Source of the DNA: an uncultured archaeon
Lineage (GTDB): Archaea > Aenigmatarchaeota > Aenigmatarchaeia > Aenigmatarchaeales > Aenigmatarchaeaceae
Assembly (NCBI GenBank): GCA_964348065.1
Contig: CAYGBE010000092.1
Coordinates: 1-54,195 of the forward strand
Direction: 5' to 3'
DNA length: 54,195 bases
Shown here: positions 16,447 through 26,880 of the stretch, in pieces
How positions within the stretch are numbered: the first letter of the stretch is position 1
How the letters are laid out: every line of letters starts with the position of its first letter
Program-made: the position numbers and the translations under genes
The notes under the pieces: model-generated
Database searches by the model: none
What the model saw: only the letters and a program-made list of their open reading frames with translations
Told to the model about the DNA's origin: nothing

Positions 16447-17529
16447 TTAAAACCTTTTTCTGAATATCCAAATTTTATTTCCTATGAAATTAATTGAAAG
16501 GGCTATTAGTATGGCCAAGAATTGGGAAAAAATATACCATAAATTAAAATACTCTACAAAAATGTAGAGGAAAATTAGATTAACACCTAGAGCAAAAAGG
16601 CTAATTATAAAAAATTGAGTGTATTGCTTTGTTAAAACTGATTTTTTCTTTGAATAGCTTTCAAAAGTCCAGAATTTATTCAAAATAAAATTGTTGGTCA
16701 CAGCAATAATAAAAGCAAAAATTGCTGAAAACAAATACCAAACATTCAAGAATTCGACTAGAAGAAAAAGAATAACCAAATTAATTATAGTTCCTACACC
16801 TCCAACCATACAAAATTTAATCAATTGACCTAAATTGGGTTTCTTATAACAAAACAAACCAAACAAATGCTTTAAGTAATTATAATATTCTTTAAAACTC
16901 AATTTGCTCTTGCCTTTTTTTCTGTCTTTAAAGACAAATGGAACTTCTATTATTTTGTTATATTTAGCTTTAACAATAAATTCTAAACATATTTTAAATC
17001 CTTTAGGATTGAATTTAATTCCTTGGATGCATTTGTTTTTAATTAAAAAGAACCCAGACATAGAATCTTTAACACTAGTAACTAACCTTGATAAGAAATT
17101 GGCTCCTTTTGACACACCCCTTCTATAGAAATTCCATCCAACAATCCCTCCTCCTTTTACATATCTGCTTCCAATCACAAAATCTGCATTTTCATTTTTC
17201 ATTACATCAAGCATCAAAGGTATTTTTTCTGGAGAATGACTTAAATCAGCATCCATAACACCAAGAATTTTTCCTTGCATTATTTTTAAACCATCTAAAA
17301 TAGCAGATGACAAGCCTGTTTTTTCTTTTCTTTGAAGAACTTTTAGATTTTTATATTTCTTTTTTAATTTTTCTGCTATCAAGCCTGTTCCGTCTGGAGA
17401 ATTGTCATCAACTACTATGACTTCTCCCTTTATTTTGTTTTTTCTAAAAGTTAAGAATATCCGTTTGAGTAAAGTAGTTATATTTCCTTTTTCATTGTAA
17501 GTTGGGATAATTATAGAAACTTCATTCAT
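16447..17529 (-). CDS. GT2 dolichyl/polyprenyl-phosphate glycosyltransferase (Dpm1-like) fused to a GtrA-like membrane domain
   Basis: VSIIIPTYNEKGNI, VVDDNSPDGT and MDADLSH define the GT2 part. The C-terminal four-TM region QLIKFCMVGGVGTIINL is GtrA-like. The start was moved to the ATG at 17527-17529, because the track start is a TTG. Confidence 0.8.
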   Translation of the reverse strand: MNEVSIIIPTYNEKGNITTLLKRIFLTFRKNKIKGEVIVVDDNSPDGTGLIAEKLKKKYKNLKVLQRKEKTGLSSAILDGLKIMQGKILGVMDADLSHSPEKIPLMLDVMKNENADFVIGSRYVKGGGIVGWNFYRRGVSKGANFLSRLVTSVKDSMSGFFLIKNKCIQGIKFNPKGFKICLEFIVKAKYNKIIEVPFVFKDRKKGKSKLSFKEYYNYLKHLFGLFCYKKPNLGQLIKFCMVGGVGTIINLVILFLLVEFLNVWYLFSAIFAFIIAVTNNFILNKFWTFESYSKKKSVLTKQYTQFFIISLFALGVNLIFLYIFVEYFNLWYIFSQFLAILIALSINFIGNKIWIFRKRF

Positions 17530-17567
17530 ACATAAAGATTTAGAAAACTTAAGTTTAAAAATATGTT

Positions 17568-18239
17568 TCAACCCTTTAATTTCACATAAGTTGGTTTATG
17601 CTCTTTCTGAATTTTTTCAATTAATAGAGTATTTCCAAAATTTTCAATATGAACAAACTCTTGTATGGAATGTCTAGCTGGAACACGGGTTTTTTCATCA
17701 GAATAACCTAAAGTTATTATTGCGCAGGGTCTAACATAATCTGGACACTTTAAAACCCTAGAAACCACCATTTCTGAAAAGGCCCCAACCCAACATGTTG
17801 CTAATCCTAAAGATTCAGCAGCCAAGAGCATGTTTTCAATTGCTGCAGCAACTCCTTGTATTCCATAAAGTTTCAAACCCCTTTGTCCATAAATTGCTCC
17901 TGCCAACCTCTCATTTGTAAAAGCAATTATAAAGACTGGAGCATCCAACATCCATTTTTGATTATAACATGCCTCAACTAAGTGTTCTTTTATTTTAGGG
18001 TTTCTCACAACAACAAATTCCCAAGGTTGGTAATTCCCACAAGATGGAGCATAACTAGCGGCCTCAAGAACTTTTAATATTAAATCCATACTAACTTCTT
18101 TTTTCTGATATCTTCTAACAGAGCGCCTAGTCTTAATTATAGAAATAACAGATTCTTCTATTCTTTTTTCTTCAATCTCTTCAGGAATTTCTATTTTCTT
18201 TTTTGTTTTACCAAGCTTAGTAATTGTCTTGAATGGCAT
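17568..18239 (-). CDS. Nitroreductase family protein
   Basis: RRSVRRYQKKEV..APSCGNYQPWEFVVV is the classical nitroreductase N-terminal motif. Confidence 0.8.
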   Translation of the reverse strand: MPFKTITKLGKTKKKIEIPEEIEEKRIEESVISIIKTRRSVRRYQKKEVSMDLILKVLEAASYAPSCGNYQPWEFVVVRNPKIKEHLVEACYNQKWMLDAPVFIIAFTNERLAGAIYGQRGLKLYGIQGVAAAIENMLLAAESLGLATCWVGAFSEMVVSRVLKCPDYVRPCAIITLGYSDEKTRVPARHSIQEFVHIENFGNTLLIEKIQKEHKPTYVKLKG

Positions 18240-18277
18240 AAAGATAATTAGATGATTATATTAAAAAAGTTTATATT

Positions 18278-18769
18278 TTAAATTGGTAATTCGCTCCACT
18301 TGTATTGTCTTGTAAATATGAAACTGCTCCAATTTTTTATTATTTTTGAAAACTTTGTTTTTATTGTATGTGAAATAAAGTCAAGCTCCTCAGGATCTTT
18401 AGCCCAAAAAGAGAATTTTAAATCAAAATCACCAGTTATTTTTTCAACAGAAGCAATATTTTTATGATCCATCAAATATTTGAAAAACTCGTTCCACTCT
18501 TCTTCTGTATAATTCCATGTTGATATCATTATAATAGCATAAATGTTATAACCAAACTTTTTTTTGTTAATTCTAACAGTAAATTTTTCAATAACGCCTG
18601 ATTTAATAAGTTTTCTTAATCTATATCTAACAGTTTCATGAGACAATTTAACTCTTTTAGCCAATTCTAAAATAGAAATTCTTCCCTCGTTTTCCAAAAT
18701 CTTGATAATTTCAATATCTTTCTTATCTATTTTGGCTTTTTCAGAATTTTTACCAATTTTTCGTCTCAT
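18278..18769 (-). CDS. Lrp/AsnC family transcriptional regulator
   Basis: An HTH (DIEIIKILENEGRISILELAKRVKLSHETVRYRLRKL) is followed by an RAM-like C-terminal domain. Confidence 0.85.
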   Translation of the reverse strand: MRRKIGKNSEKAKIDKKDIEIIKILENEGRISILELAKRVKLSHETVRYRLRKLIKSGVIEKFTVRINKKKFGYNIYAIIMISTWNYTEEEWNEFFKYLMDHKNIASVEKITGDFDLKFSFWAKDPEELDFISHTIKTKFSKIIKNWSSFIFTRQYKWSELPI

Positions 18770-18865
18770 ATTTACTATATTTAAGATATTTCTATATAAA
18801 TTTATCTATTATACATATATATATTGTATTTTATTTGAATATAACATAAAAAATGGTGATTTAAT

Positions 18866-19465
18866 ATGGTAAATTCAAAAATTTATGAAACTTTGGATGA
18901 AAGAATTAGAAAAATAAATGATTTTAAAAAACATGGTTTAGAGGGATTTGAAAATAGATTAAATGAAATATGGGCACACAAAGAAATTCAACCAATAAAA
19001 AAAAGAATTGTGAGAGATGATGATTATTCTGATTTAATATGGTTTGAAGGTCGTGTTACATATCATGTTGTTCACCCGCCTTTTAGTTTAGATTTACTTT
19101 CTGTAGAACCATTAAAGTTTGGAATAAAGGGAGGAGGAAGTGAGGTCAAGCTAAGAACAAGAAAAGAACCATTAGATTATTGGCAAGAAGATTGGGAAAA
19201 ATTATCTGATTTAAATATTTCTCAAAAAGATTTATCAATCCCATTTCCTCCAGAAATAATAGGAAAAGATATTTCAAGATCTATTAATGATATGGTTTAT
19301 TCAATTGAATATAAACCTCCAAAATATTTTATGGAATCTTTTGAAGGTAATTCATTTGGAGAAAAAGTTTATGATGCTCTTTTAAGTAGAAAAACTGTTA
19401 CCATACATCCAAATAGAAAAGTTGATAGAGAAATTTATGGTGAAGGTGTGTTTGATATAAGGTGA
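18866..19465 (+). CDS. Hypothetical protein
   Basis: 199-aa ORF with an ATG preceded by GGTGAT (18855-18860). No family was recognised. Confidence 0.5.
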   Translation: MVNSKIYETLDERIRKINDFKKHGLEGFENRLNEIWAHKEIQPIKKRIVRDDDYSDLIWFEGRVTYHVVHPPFSLDLLSVEPLKFGIKGGGSEVKLRTRKEPLDYWQEDWEKLSDLNISQKDLSIPFPPEIIGKDISRSINDMVYSIEYKPPKYFMESFEGNSFGEKVYDALLSRKTVTIHPNRKVDREIYGEGVFDIR

Positions 19466-19469
19466 TTTT

Positions 19470-19805
19470 ATGAAAATAAACAAAAATGATGTAAAACCAA
19501 TAGAAGATACTTGCGGTTCAATAAGAGAGCTTTACAAATCTGAAAAAATAAGCATCGCTTACGTAACTTTATTTGGAGAAGCAAAAGAACATACTCATAA
19601 AAAAATGGAAGAAGTTTATTACGTTGAAAGGGGAAATGGCCAATTAATTGTTGATGATGAGGTTATAGAACTTAAAGAAGGAGATTTAATCTCTATACAA
19701 CAAAATAGTTGGCATTATTTAAAAAATCTAGGAAAAAAACCTCTAGAAATAACAGTTACAAACTCTCCGCCATTTGACAGAAACGATGTAATCATGAAGT
19801 CCTAG
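19470..19805 (+). CDS. Cupin domain protein
   Basis: EHTHKKMEEVYYVERGNG...GDLISIQQNSWHYLKN fits the two cupin motifs. The ATG is preceded by AGGTGA. Confidence 0.7.
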   Translation: MKINKNDVKPIEDTCGSIRELYKSEKISIAYVTLFGEAKEHTHKKMEEVYYVERGNGQLIVDDEVIELKEGDLISIQQNSWHYLKNLGKKPLEITVTNSPPFDRNDVIMKS

Positions 19806-20742
19806 ACAAAATGCTTTCTAAAAGATCAGGAGTTGTTTCTGCTACCTCTCTTATCCAATATAAAGCATTGATTAATTTCTTATTTTTTGTTTCTTCTAAT
19901 ATTTTATTGACTCTATCCCTTATCTCTACTTTGTAATTAAAAACTCTTCTAGCTTTTTCTTCATTAAATTTAAAATAAATTAGTGACAAATCCTCAACCA
20001 TGTCTTTTAGATCTTCTATTAGTTTCAATATTCTCTCATCTTTTATCTTGTAATTAGCTAAACTTTTTCCCATTCTTGAAACATCATCAGAAAGATGTTC
20101 TATCAGAAAAACTTCTGAATACATTATTGGTATTTTTCTAAGTTCTATGTTTCCAGAAGGGTGTCTTAACTCTTTGTTTAACTTTCTTAAAAGCAAGTAT
20201 GTAAAACGGTTTACTGACATATCTCTGTCATGTAAAGCTTTTGCATCAGTGTTACCTTTAGTCTTTAAAACATCATCTATCATAGTTTTTATCAAAAGAA
20301 AACACCTTCTTAATATCTGATGAATGGGTTGTTCAGAGCTTACTCCTAGATCTTTTATTAAAAACATGTTTTCTGTTTGTGAAACAATCTCCATTCCTAT
20401 AAGATTCTTAACCCTTTCATTAATTTTATCGTAAAATTTGGTTGTGTCACACAAAACAGTTATCTCATCATAGCCCTTAATGTAACTAGCCTCTATTAAT
20501 CTTTGACCAAAGCTTGCTATGTATGGTTCTGACTCGTCTCTACGAGGTTCTTTTATATCTTTGATTCTTAGTGTTGTTCTAAGAGGCTTGAATTTATGTT
20601 TCTGGGTAGTTATGATTAATTTTGAATCACTTTCATCTACTTCTAATTCATCTCCTGGAGAAATTTCCTGTTCTTTGACCCATTTTGCTGGTAGAGACAT
20701 TACTAAGGTTGCTTTTCCCAGTTGTACAGCCTTTCTTTTCAT
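19792..20742 (-). CDS. AbrB/SpoVT-domain + PhoU-like regulator (archaeal phosphate-uptake-regulator type)
   Basis: The N-terminus KAVQLGKATLVMSLPAKWVKEQEISPGDELEV is SpoVT/AbrB-like. It is followed by about 230 aa of helical PhoU-like repeats. Confidence 0.7.
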   Translation of the reverse strand: MKRKAVQLGKATLVMSLPAKWVKEQEISPGDELEVDESDSKLIITTQKHKFKPLRTTLRIKDIKEPRRDESEPYIASFGQRLIEASYIKGYDEITVLCDTTKFYDKINERVKNLIGMEIVSQTENMFLIKDLGVSSEQPIHQILRRCFLLIKTMIDDVLKTKGNTDAKALHDRDMSVNRFTYLLLRKLNKELRHPSGNIELRKIPIMYSEVFLIEHLSDDVSRMGKSLANYKIKDERILKLIEDLKDMVEDLSLIYFKFNEEKARRVFNYKVEIRDRVNKILEETKNKKLINALYWIREVAETTPDLLESILSRTS

Positions 20743-20816
20743 GAAATATATATGTATAATTAAATATATATACTTTAAGGATTTAGTATATATTCTGTTT
20801 CTAAGATTATCTAAAT

Positions 20817-21596
20817 ATGAAAAAAATATTGCTTACTAATGATGATGGTATTGATTCCAAAGGTATGAGAGCTTTAGAACAAGCTGTAAAAGGATTAGGA
20901 AAAGTTTTCGTTGTAGCTCCAAAAAGAAATCAATCAGCTGCAAGTAGATCTTATACAAAAAGAAGATTTTTAGAAGTAGAAAGAAGAGAGAATTGCGATG
21001 GAATAGAAAGATATGCAATTGATGGAACGCCTGCAACATGTGTTCTAATAGCTGTTGAGAAGATCTTAAAAGAAAAACCAGATCTAGTTATATCAGGAAT
21101 AAATCTTGGAGAAAACATAGGAAGAACTTCCTATACAGCATCAGGAACCATTGGCGCTGCTTTAGAGGCCGCTACTACTTATGATGTTCCTGCTATTGCT
21201 GCTTCAATATTAATTCCAATGGAGCATCATGGGAATCATGATGATTTTCCTATAGACTTAACTATTGCTAAAAATTACATTAGAAAAATATCTAAGAATA
21301 TTTTGGAATCTCCAGATATTGGAAAAAATTTCGATGTACTCAATATTAACTTTCCTCTGCTATCAGAAGATAAAGGTTTTAGAATAACTGTTCCCAGTAA
21401 GAACAGGTTTCACTATTTCAACGTAATTGAGAAAGAGGGAAAGTATAAAATGTCTCTCAATGCTAAGATCGAGAATGAGGAAGAGAACAGTGATGTAAAA
21501 GCAGTTTTTGATGGAAAGGTATCAATCACACCACTTTCTTTTATTAGTAATAATGGAATTTCGATTGAAAAAATTGAAAAAATCTTAATGAGGTGA
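20817..21596 (+). CDS. surE: 5'/3'-nucleotidase SurE
   Basis: KILLTNDDGIDSKGMRAL and SGINLGENIG are SurE signatures. Confidence 0.9.
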   Translation: MKKILLTNDDGIDSKGMRALEQAVKGLGKVFVVAPKRNQSAASRSYTKRRFLEVERRENCDGIERYAIDGTPATCVLIAVEKILKEKPDLVISGINLGENIGRTSYTASGTIGAALEAATTYDVPAIAASILIPMEHHGNHDDFPIDLTIAKNYIRKISKNILESPDIGKNFDVLNINFPLLSEDKGFRITVPSKNRFHYFNVIEKEGKYKMSLNAKIENEEENSDVKAVFDGKVSITPLSFISNNGISIEKIEKILMR

Positions 21597-21601
21597 TAAA
21601 A

Positions 21602-21997
21602 ATGGTGAAAAATCCAGATTTAAAAAGAATAGGAAAGGACATATTTAGAAATCTTCTAACACCAGGTGTTGAAACTATGGTTGAAAGCATTGAATTACCT
21701 GAGGTGTTTGAACCTCTTAGGGAAACAATGAAATATGAAATAGCAGAACAATTAGCAGATTTTGCACAAGTACAAGTTGATGAAGATTATAGAATAAGAA
21801 TGATGATGGGAAACGGACTTGTCTATGTCTACGATTTTGAAAAACCAAATGAAGAAGAAATACCAACAAAAGATCTTTATAGAACAGCTATTCGAAATAC
21901 AGAGATGATGTATGAAAAATTTCCAGGACACTTTGAAGAAATCATTAAAAGGGGGATAATTAATAACAGATTTGGATATTATGTTACAGTAGTTTAA
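21602..21997 (+). CDS. Hypothetical protein
   Basis: The ATG at 21602 lies 5 nt after AGGTGA (21591-21596). The track start at 21593 is a GTG. No family was recognised. Confidence 0.5.
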   Translation: MVKNPDLKRIGKDIFRNLLTPGVETMVESIELPEVFEPLRETMKYEIAEQLADFAQVQVDEDYRIRMMMGNGLVYVYDFEKPNEEEIPTKDLYRTAIRNTEMMYEKFPGHFEEIIKRGIINNRFGYYVTVV

Positions 21998-22038
21998 CAA
22001 AGACAAACTTTATTTGTTTTTAATTACAGTTATAAATT

Positions 22039-23736
22039 ATGCAATACTCTGTTTTAGCAGATAATTATGAAAAACTAGAAAGCATTTCAGGTAAACTTGA
22101 AAAAACTCATATAATTTCTAAAATATTAAAAAAATGCTCCAAGGAAAATTTACCCAAAGTTGTTCTATTATTAAAGGGAAACGTGTTTCCTGCCTGGAGT
22201 GAAGAAGAACTAGGAGTTGCAAACCAATTAATGATCAAATCAATTTCAAAAGCTTATGGTATAAATGAAAAAGAGATTGTTAAAGAATTTAAAAAATCAA
22301 GGGACTTGGGATTAGTAGTTGAAAAGCTTTCTAAAACAAAAAAACAAACTACCCTAGGAAAAAGGGAATTAAACGTAGAAAAGGTTTTTGAAAACCTACA
22401 TTTAATAGCAAAACAAACTGGAAGTGGTTCTCAGGACAGGAAAATGAGCCTTATTGCAGAATTGTTAACACAAGCAAAGCCAAAAGAAGCAAAATACATA
22501 ACAAGAACTGTTTTGAGCCAGTTAAGAATTGGGGTAGCAGAAGGAATAATTAGAGATGCTATAGCAGAAGCTTTTGATATTTCTAAAAAAATTGTTGAAA
22601 ATGCTTGGTTTTTAAATCCTGACTATGGAGAAATTTCAAAAATAGCAAAAGAAAAAGGAGAAAAGGGATTGAAAAAAGTGAAAATAGAAATAGGAAGGCC
22701 AATAATGGTCTTGTTAGCAGAAAAGTCTCCTTCTTTAGAAGACGCTTTGAATTCTTTTGATGAACCTGCTTGTGAATACAAGTATGATGGAGCAAGAATG
22801 CTAATACATAAGAAAGACAATAAAATCTCAATATTTACAAGAAGGTTAGAAAACATAACCAAAGCATTTCCGGATGTTGTTGAAGTTTGTAAAAAGAGCT
22901 TGAAGGCTAAGAATTACATTGTGGATGGGGAAGGTTTAGCTATTGATAAGAAAACAGGAAAACCTCTACCTTTTCAAAGCTTATCTCAAAGAATAAAAAG
23001 AAAATATGATATAAAAGAAATGGCCAAAGAAATTCCTATAGAATTGAACCTGTTTGATATAATTTATTTAAATGGAAAAGAGCTTTTTGACTTGCCTTTA
23101 AAGAAAAGAAGAGAATTAGTAAAAAAAATAACCAAAAAAATACCTGGAAAAATACAATTAGCAGAACAATTGGTCACTAAAGATCTGAAAAAGGCTAATA
23201 AATTCTACAAAAAGGCTTTAAAAGAAGGACATGAGGGCTTAATAGTCAAGAATCTACAAGCAAAATACCAACCTGGAAGAAGAGTAGCAGGTGGTTGGCT
23301 TAAAGTTAAACCAGTTTTAGAATCTCTAGATTTGGTAATAATAGGAGCCACTTGGGGCACTGGTAAGCGCGCAGGATGGCTAGGATCCTTTATTTTGGCT
23401 TGTAGAGACCCTAATACAGGAGATTTTCTAGAATGCGGCATGCTGGGAACTGGAGTTAAGGAGAAGAAGAGTGAAAAGGGCGATATTACTTTTAAAGACC
23501 TAACTGAAATGTTAAAACCCTTTATAGATTCTGAAAAAGGAAATAAAATTAAAATAAAGCCCAAAATCGTAATAGAGGTGGCATATGAGGAAATACAAAA
23601 AAGTCCCACCTATTCTTCTGGCTATGCTTTAAGATTTCCAAGACTATTAAGAGTAAGATTTGATAAAGGACCTGGAGAAGTAGATAATTTAGATAGAATT
23701 GGAAAAATATTTAAAATACAAAAAGGTAGAAAATAA
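22039..23736 (+). CDS. lig: ATP-dependent DNA ligase
   Basis: Motif I EYKYDGARM (adenylation lysine), then DGEGLA, EGLIVK and LKVKP. The 565-aa length is typical of archaeal Lig. Confidence 0.95.
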   Translation: MQYSVLADNYEKLESISGKLEKTHIISKILKKCSKENLPKVVLLLKGNVFPAWSEEELGVANQLMIKSISKAYGINEKEIVKEFKKSRDLGLVVEKLSKTKKQTTLGKRELNVEKVFENLHLIAKQTGSGSQDRKMSLIAELLTQAKPKEAKYITRTVLSQLRIGVAEGIIRDAIAEAFDISKKIVENAWFLNPDYGEISKIAKEKGEKGLKKVKIEIGRPIMVLLAEKSPSLEDALNSFDEPACEYKYDGARMLIHKKDNKISIFTRRLENITKAFPDVVEVCKKSLKAKNYIVDGEGLAIDKKTGKPLPFQSLSQRIKRKYDIKEMAKEIPIELNLFDIIYLNGKELFDLPLKKRRELVKKITKKIPGKIQLAEQLVTKDLKKANKFYKKALKEGHEGLIVKNLQAKYQPGRRVAGGWLKVKPVLESLDLVIIGATWGTGKRAGWLGSFILACRDPNTGDFLECGMLGTGVKEKKSEKGDITFKDLTEMLKPFIDSEKGNKIKIKPKIVIEVAYEEIQKSPTYSSGYALRFPRLLRVRFDKGPGEVDNLDRIGKIFKIQKGRK

Positions 23737-23737
23737 G

Positions 23738-24067
23738 TTATTCAACTTTTTCTGGTATTTTTTTACTTAAATCAAATATTTGCCAGTCTTTATAATTCAA
23801 TTTAACAGCAAGAACTGGTTTTGCTTTACATTTCTTAGCAGCTCTTATTAATTCTTTAAATTGGTCTGAATGAAATTTAGAATAGTAGGCCTTTTTTCTG
23901 GATTTACATTCTATAAAATGTACTTTTCCATTTTTAACAGCAACTAAATCACAAATAGCTTCTCCTTTTAATCCAGAACCAGCAACTCTATGAACAACAA
24001 AACCTTTTTTTGTTAAGAACTCTAAAAATTCTCTTTCTCTTCTAGAACCCTTGGGACTTTTTGGCAT
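23738..24067 (-). CDS. hjc: Holliday junction resolvase Hjc
   Basis: GSRREREFLEFLTKKGFVVHRVAGSG...DLVAVKNGKVHFIECKSRK matches the Hjc nuclease core (E..D..E.K). Confidence 0.85.
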   Translation of the reverse strand: MPKSPKGSRREREFLEFLTKKGFVVHRVAGSGLKGEAICDLVAVKNGKVHFIECKSRKKAYYSKFHSDQFKELIRAAKKCKAKPVLAVKLNYKDWQIFDLSKKIPEKVE

Positions 24068-24127
24068 AATAATTTAATAATTCTGGAGATTAATAAGCTT
24101 AAATTATTTAGTATTTTATTTTAAAAC

Positions 24128-24844
24128 ATGGAAAATTCAGAATTTAAACCAGATTATAGAGAATTTGTATATTTTAAACAACTTAATTTCAGTATAGCTC
24201 CAAACATGGTTCCAGGTCCAAATGGTTTTTTTCTATCATTAGATTGGTTTGGAAGAAAAAGATTTCTTAAGCGTTTGGGATCTGATCATTATCGTTTGGC
24301 CTCTTTAAAAGAGCTTAATAAAGCTTTTGAATACTCATGGAAGTCTGAGTTTAGCCAAGTGGGAGTAAGTATGATAAACACGATTGAAGGTACTGATGAT
24401 ATTATGTGTTTTCCCGTAGACAGTTTTGGCCATTGGCAAAGATATATTGAACCAAGGCTGCAGGGTCGGTGGGATTACCCTGTGCTAATTCAAGGAGCTG
24501 ATGAAGAAAGAAGAGGCAGTAAAAATATTGTTAAAGGTGGAGAAAGAATTGAAATACCTGAATTTCCAACAAAGAGTGCAAGATTAAGAGAAAAAATAGA
24601 AGTGTTAGGATTAGCTAGAGGCACCAAAATAATTTATAGTGATCAATACGACGAGGAACAAAAAGGCGTAAAAAATTTGATTCGTGGAAACATGAGTGTT
24701 AACCCCAAAAATAGATACGTACTAGCAACTTTTTCTCCATGGCGTAGAATCGAAAGAATGGGTTTTCGTCTTTCTAGTAGTGAGCCAACAGACAATGTTG
24801 TAATAAAAAGATTTACTCTAGATGATTATCTTAAGAAAAGTTAA
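24128..24844 (+). CDS. Hypothetical protein (Trp-rich; visibly higher GC than its neighbours)
   Basis: 238-aa ORF with an ATG start, followed by the hairpin ggtccaac-N17-gttggacc (24847-24879). No family was recognised. Confidence 0.5.
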   Translation: MENSEFKPDYREFVYFKQLNFSIAPNMVPGPNGFFLSLDWFGRKRFLKRLGSDHYRLASLKELNKAFEYSWKSEFSQVGVSMINTIEGTDDIMCFPVDSFGHWQRYIEPRLQGRWDYPVLIQGADEERRGSKNIVKGGERIEIPEFPTKSARLREKIEVLGLARGTKIIYSDQYDEEQKGVKNLIRGNMSVNPKNRYVLATFSPWRRIERMGFRLSSSEPTDNVVIKRFTLDDYLKKS

Positions 24845-25038
24845 AAGGTCCAACACGTCACTGCTTGAGCCGTTGGACCAAGAATGAACTCAAAAGGGTA
24901 AAACAAATATTATATTTATTCATTTAAAAATTTTTAGATTCTGAAAAAAACATATCTTAGAGTAGGTTTATTAGTATCATTGATTCATCCTTAAAATGTA
25001 TTAACTGCTTTATAAATCCAAGTGACATTAATCTATAT

Positions 25039-26007
25039 ATGAAATCTGTAGTATTCATAATTTTAATTTTTTTGATAATACAAATACTGGGTCTTTATAT
25101 TGGAAATGGATATATAGAATACGTAAATCAGGCCATAGAAACTGGAGAAATAGAAAAAAAGCCAGAAATAATTGAAGGCGTAAGTCCAGAAAGGGCTGAA
25201 AATTCATTAATATTGTTTGGTTTTATAATAATTACCACAATATGCATCCTGTTAATAATTAAATATAAAAAATCTTTTCTAAGAGGCGTAGAAGCAATTG
25301 CTATTTACTTTCCATCATTAATAGCTTTTTTGTTTTTAATACCCTTTAGAATACAATCTATTTGGGAAAATTTTATTTTTAGCCTAATTTCACCGCTTTC
25401 GGGTTTCTTCTCATATTTCGGTTTTGTAGGAATTGTTTTTTTCAATATTTTACTTTTTGCTCTGACTCTAGTCTCTATATTTGCAATAATCTTAACTATT
25501 TGGAAAATTTCAAGACCCTCTATTACTAGCCAAAATATTGCAGCAATATTTTCTGGAGCAGGAGCAGGAGCTGCAATAGGAGCAACCCTAGGTATTGTTC
25601 CTTCTATAATATTCATAATGATTTTGTCTGTTTATGATGTTGTTTCGGTTTTTGTAACAAAACACATGGTTCAAATGGCCAAGGCAATAACAGAAAAACC
25701 AACGGCCTTTACAATTGCTGCACCCCATAGATTCAAAAAAGCTAAGTATATACCCCAAAAAGGAGCTAAGAAGAAAGTTCATGTGTTTCAATTGGGATTA
25801 GGAGACGTAATAATACCTTTGATGTTTTCTGTTTCTATTTTGAATAATTTTACAATATTCCACTCTGTAATAACAATGATTGGGTCAATGATAGGTTTAC
25901 TATTCTTAACATTTTACATCACAAGGAAACCTCAAGCTTTGCCTGCTTTGCCATTTGTTTGCACAGGCGCTTTAGCAGGATATTTGGTCTCATTGTTTGT
26001 TTTATAA
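25039..26007 (+). CDS. Presenilin / signal-peptide-peptidase family (A22) intramembrane aspartyl protease
   Basis: The catalytic motifs YD (SVYDVVSVF) and GLGD (LGLGDVIIP) are present, plus the PAL motif (ALPALPF), in a polytopic protein. Confidence 0.8.
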   Translation: MKSVVFIILIFLIIQILGLYIGNGYIEYVNQAIETGEIEKKPEIIEGVSPERAENSLILFGFIIITTICILLIIKYKKSFLRGVEAIAIYFPSLIAFLFLIPFRIQSIWENFIFSLISPLSGFFSYFGFVGIVFFNILLFALTLVSIFAIILTIWKISRPSITSQNIAAIFSGAGAGAAIGATLGIVPSIIFIMILSVYDVVSVFVTKHMVQMAKAITEKPTAFTIAAPHRFKKAKYIPQKGAKKKVHVFQLGLGDVIIPLMFSVSILNNFTIFHSVITMIGSMIGLLFLTFYITRKPQALPALPFVCTGALAGYLVSLFVL

Positions 26008-26874
26008 TTATTGGGTTTTTATTCCAATAGCCAAAGAATTTAATGTTTCTTCTACTCTTCTTTTATTAATGTTTTTCCCGCTTAACTTTTCGCTAACATT
26101 TCTACAAAATTCAAATCGTTCTATTGAATCAGGTATATTATCTCTCAATTTTCTTTCAATTGTATTTTCTAAAAAATATTTAGGAATATCATCTTTGCTT
26201 ACATCTTTGCCAAGAACCATACTTCTCACAATTCCAACGTGTGTCAAAGATGTATAAGGTGATTTCTGAGGTATTTTTATTACAACTGGAGCAGCACCAA
26301 CAAGTTGAACAACTGGTGGAAGATACACACCGCTTAAAACAGCTTGGACAATCACTTCGCCATTGTCAGACAATTCAGGATATTTATCAAAAACATCTCT
26401 AGACAGATTTAGAGCATTCTCTTCTATATTTCTGGCCCTAATTTTAGCGCTTTTAGATTTCAAAAATAAAGATTGATATATTTCGTTGCATGCTTCATCT
26501 ACATTATCTTCATTAAAAAACGATTGTGCCCTTTTCCTGTGTTTTAACTCTTGGTCATGTATTGTTCTTAATTCAGCAGCCTTTTCTTCTGAATGGGCTT
26601 CCAAAAAATGAAATTTTATTTCTTTTTCACATTCTCTAAACGAATCTATTAATGTTTTATGAAAATTGTAAAAAATACGTCCGCGTTTTAATTCCCTGTC
26701 TCCTCTTACAAGTTCTTTGTAATAACGTGTTAGATCAGCCAACTCTTTATAGGTTCTTCCAGGTTCTTGGGGAATGAAAACGTCTGGTTGAAAATTTCGA
26801 AAATCTCTAATAACAAATTCAGCATCTTTATCTGTTGTATGGGCATTATAAGAAACTATTAGTGTCTCAACCAT
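26008..26874 (-). CDS. Hypothetical protein, last gene of the CARF-HEPN-like operon
   Basis: 288-aa ORF with an ATG start, 6 nt downstream of the preceding gene. Its stop abuts the stop of the convergent presenilin gene. No family was recognised. Confidence 0.55.
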   Translation of the reverse strand: MVETLIVSYNAHTTDKDAEFVIRDFRNFQPDVFIPQEPGRTYKELADLTRYYKELVRGDRELKRGRIFYNFHKTLIDSFRECEKEIKFHFLEAHSEEKAAELRTIHDQELKHRKRAQSFFNEDNVDEACNEIYQSLFLKSKSAKIRARNIEENALNLSRDVFDKYPELSDNGEVIVQAVLSGVYLPPVVQLVGAAPVVIKIPQKSPYTSLTHVGIVRSMVLGKDVSKDDIPKYFLENTIERKLRDNIPDSIERFEFCRNVSEKLSGKNINKRRVEETLNSLAIGIKTQ

Positions 26875-26880
26875 ATTAGA

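Noticed and set aside
24847-24879. GC-rich hairpin ggtccaac-N17-gttggacc after the 238-aa ORF, considered as a tRNA fragment or att site.
   Set aside because: It has no T-arm or anticodon-like features and no second copy in the window. Its position right after a stop codon fits a simple 3'-end hairpin.
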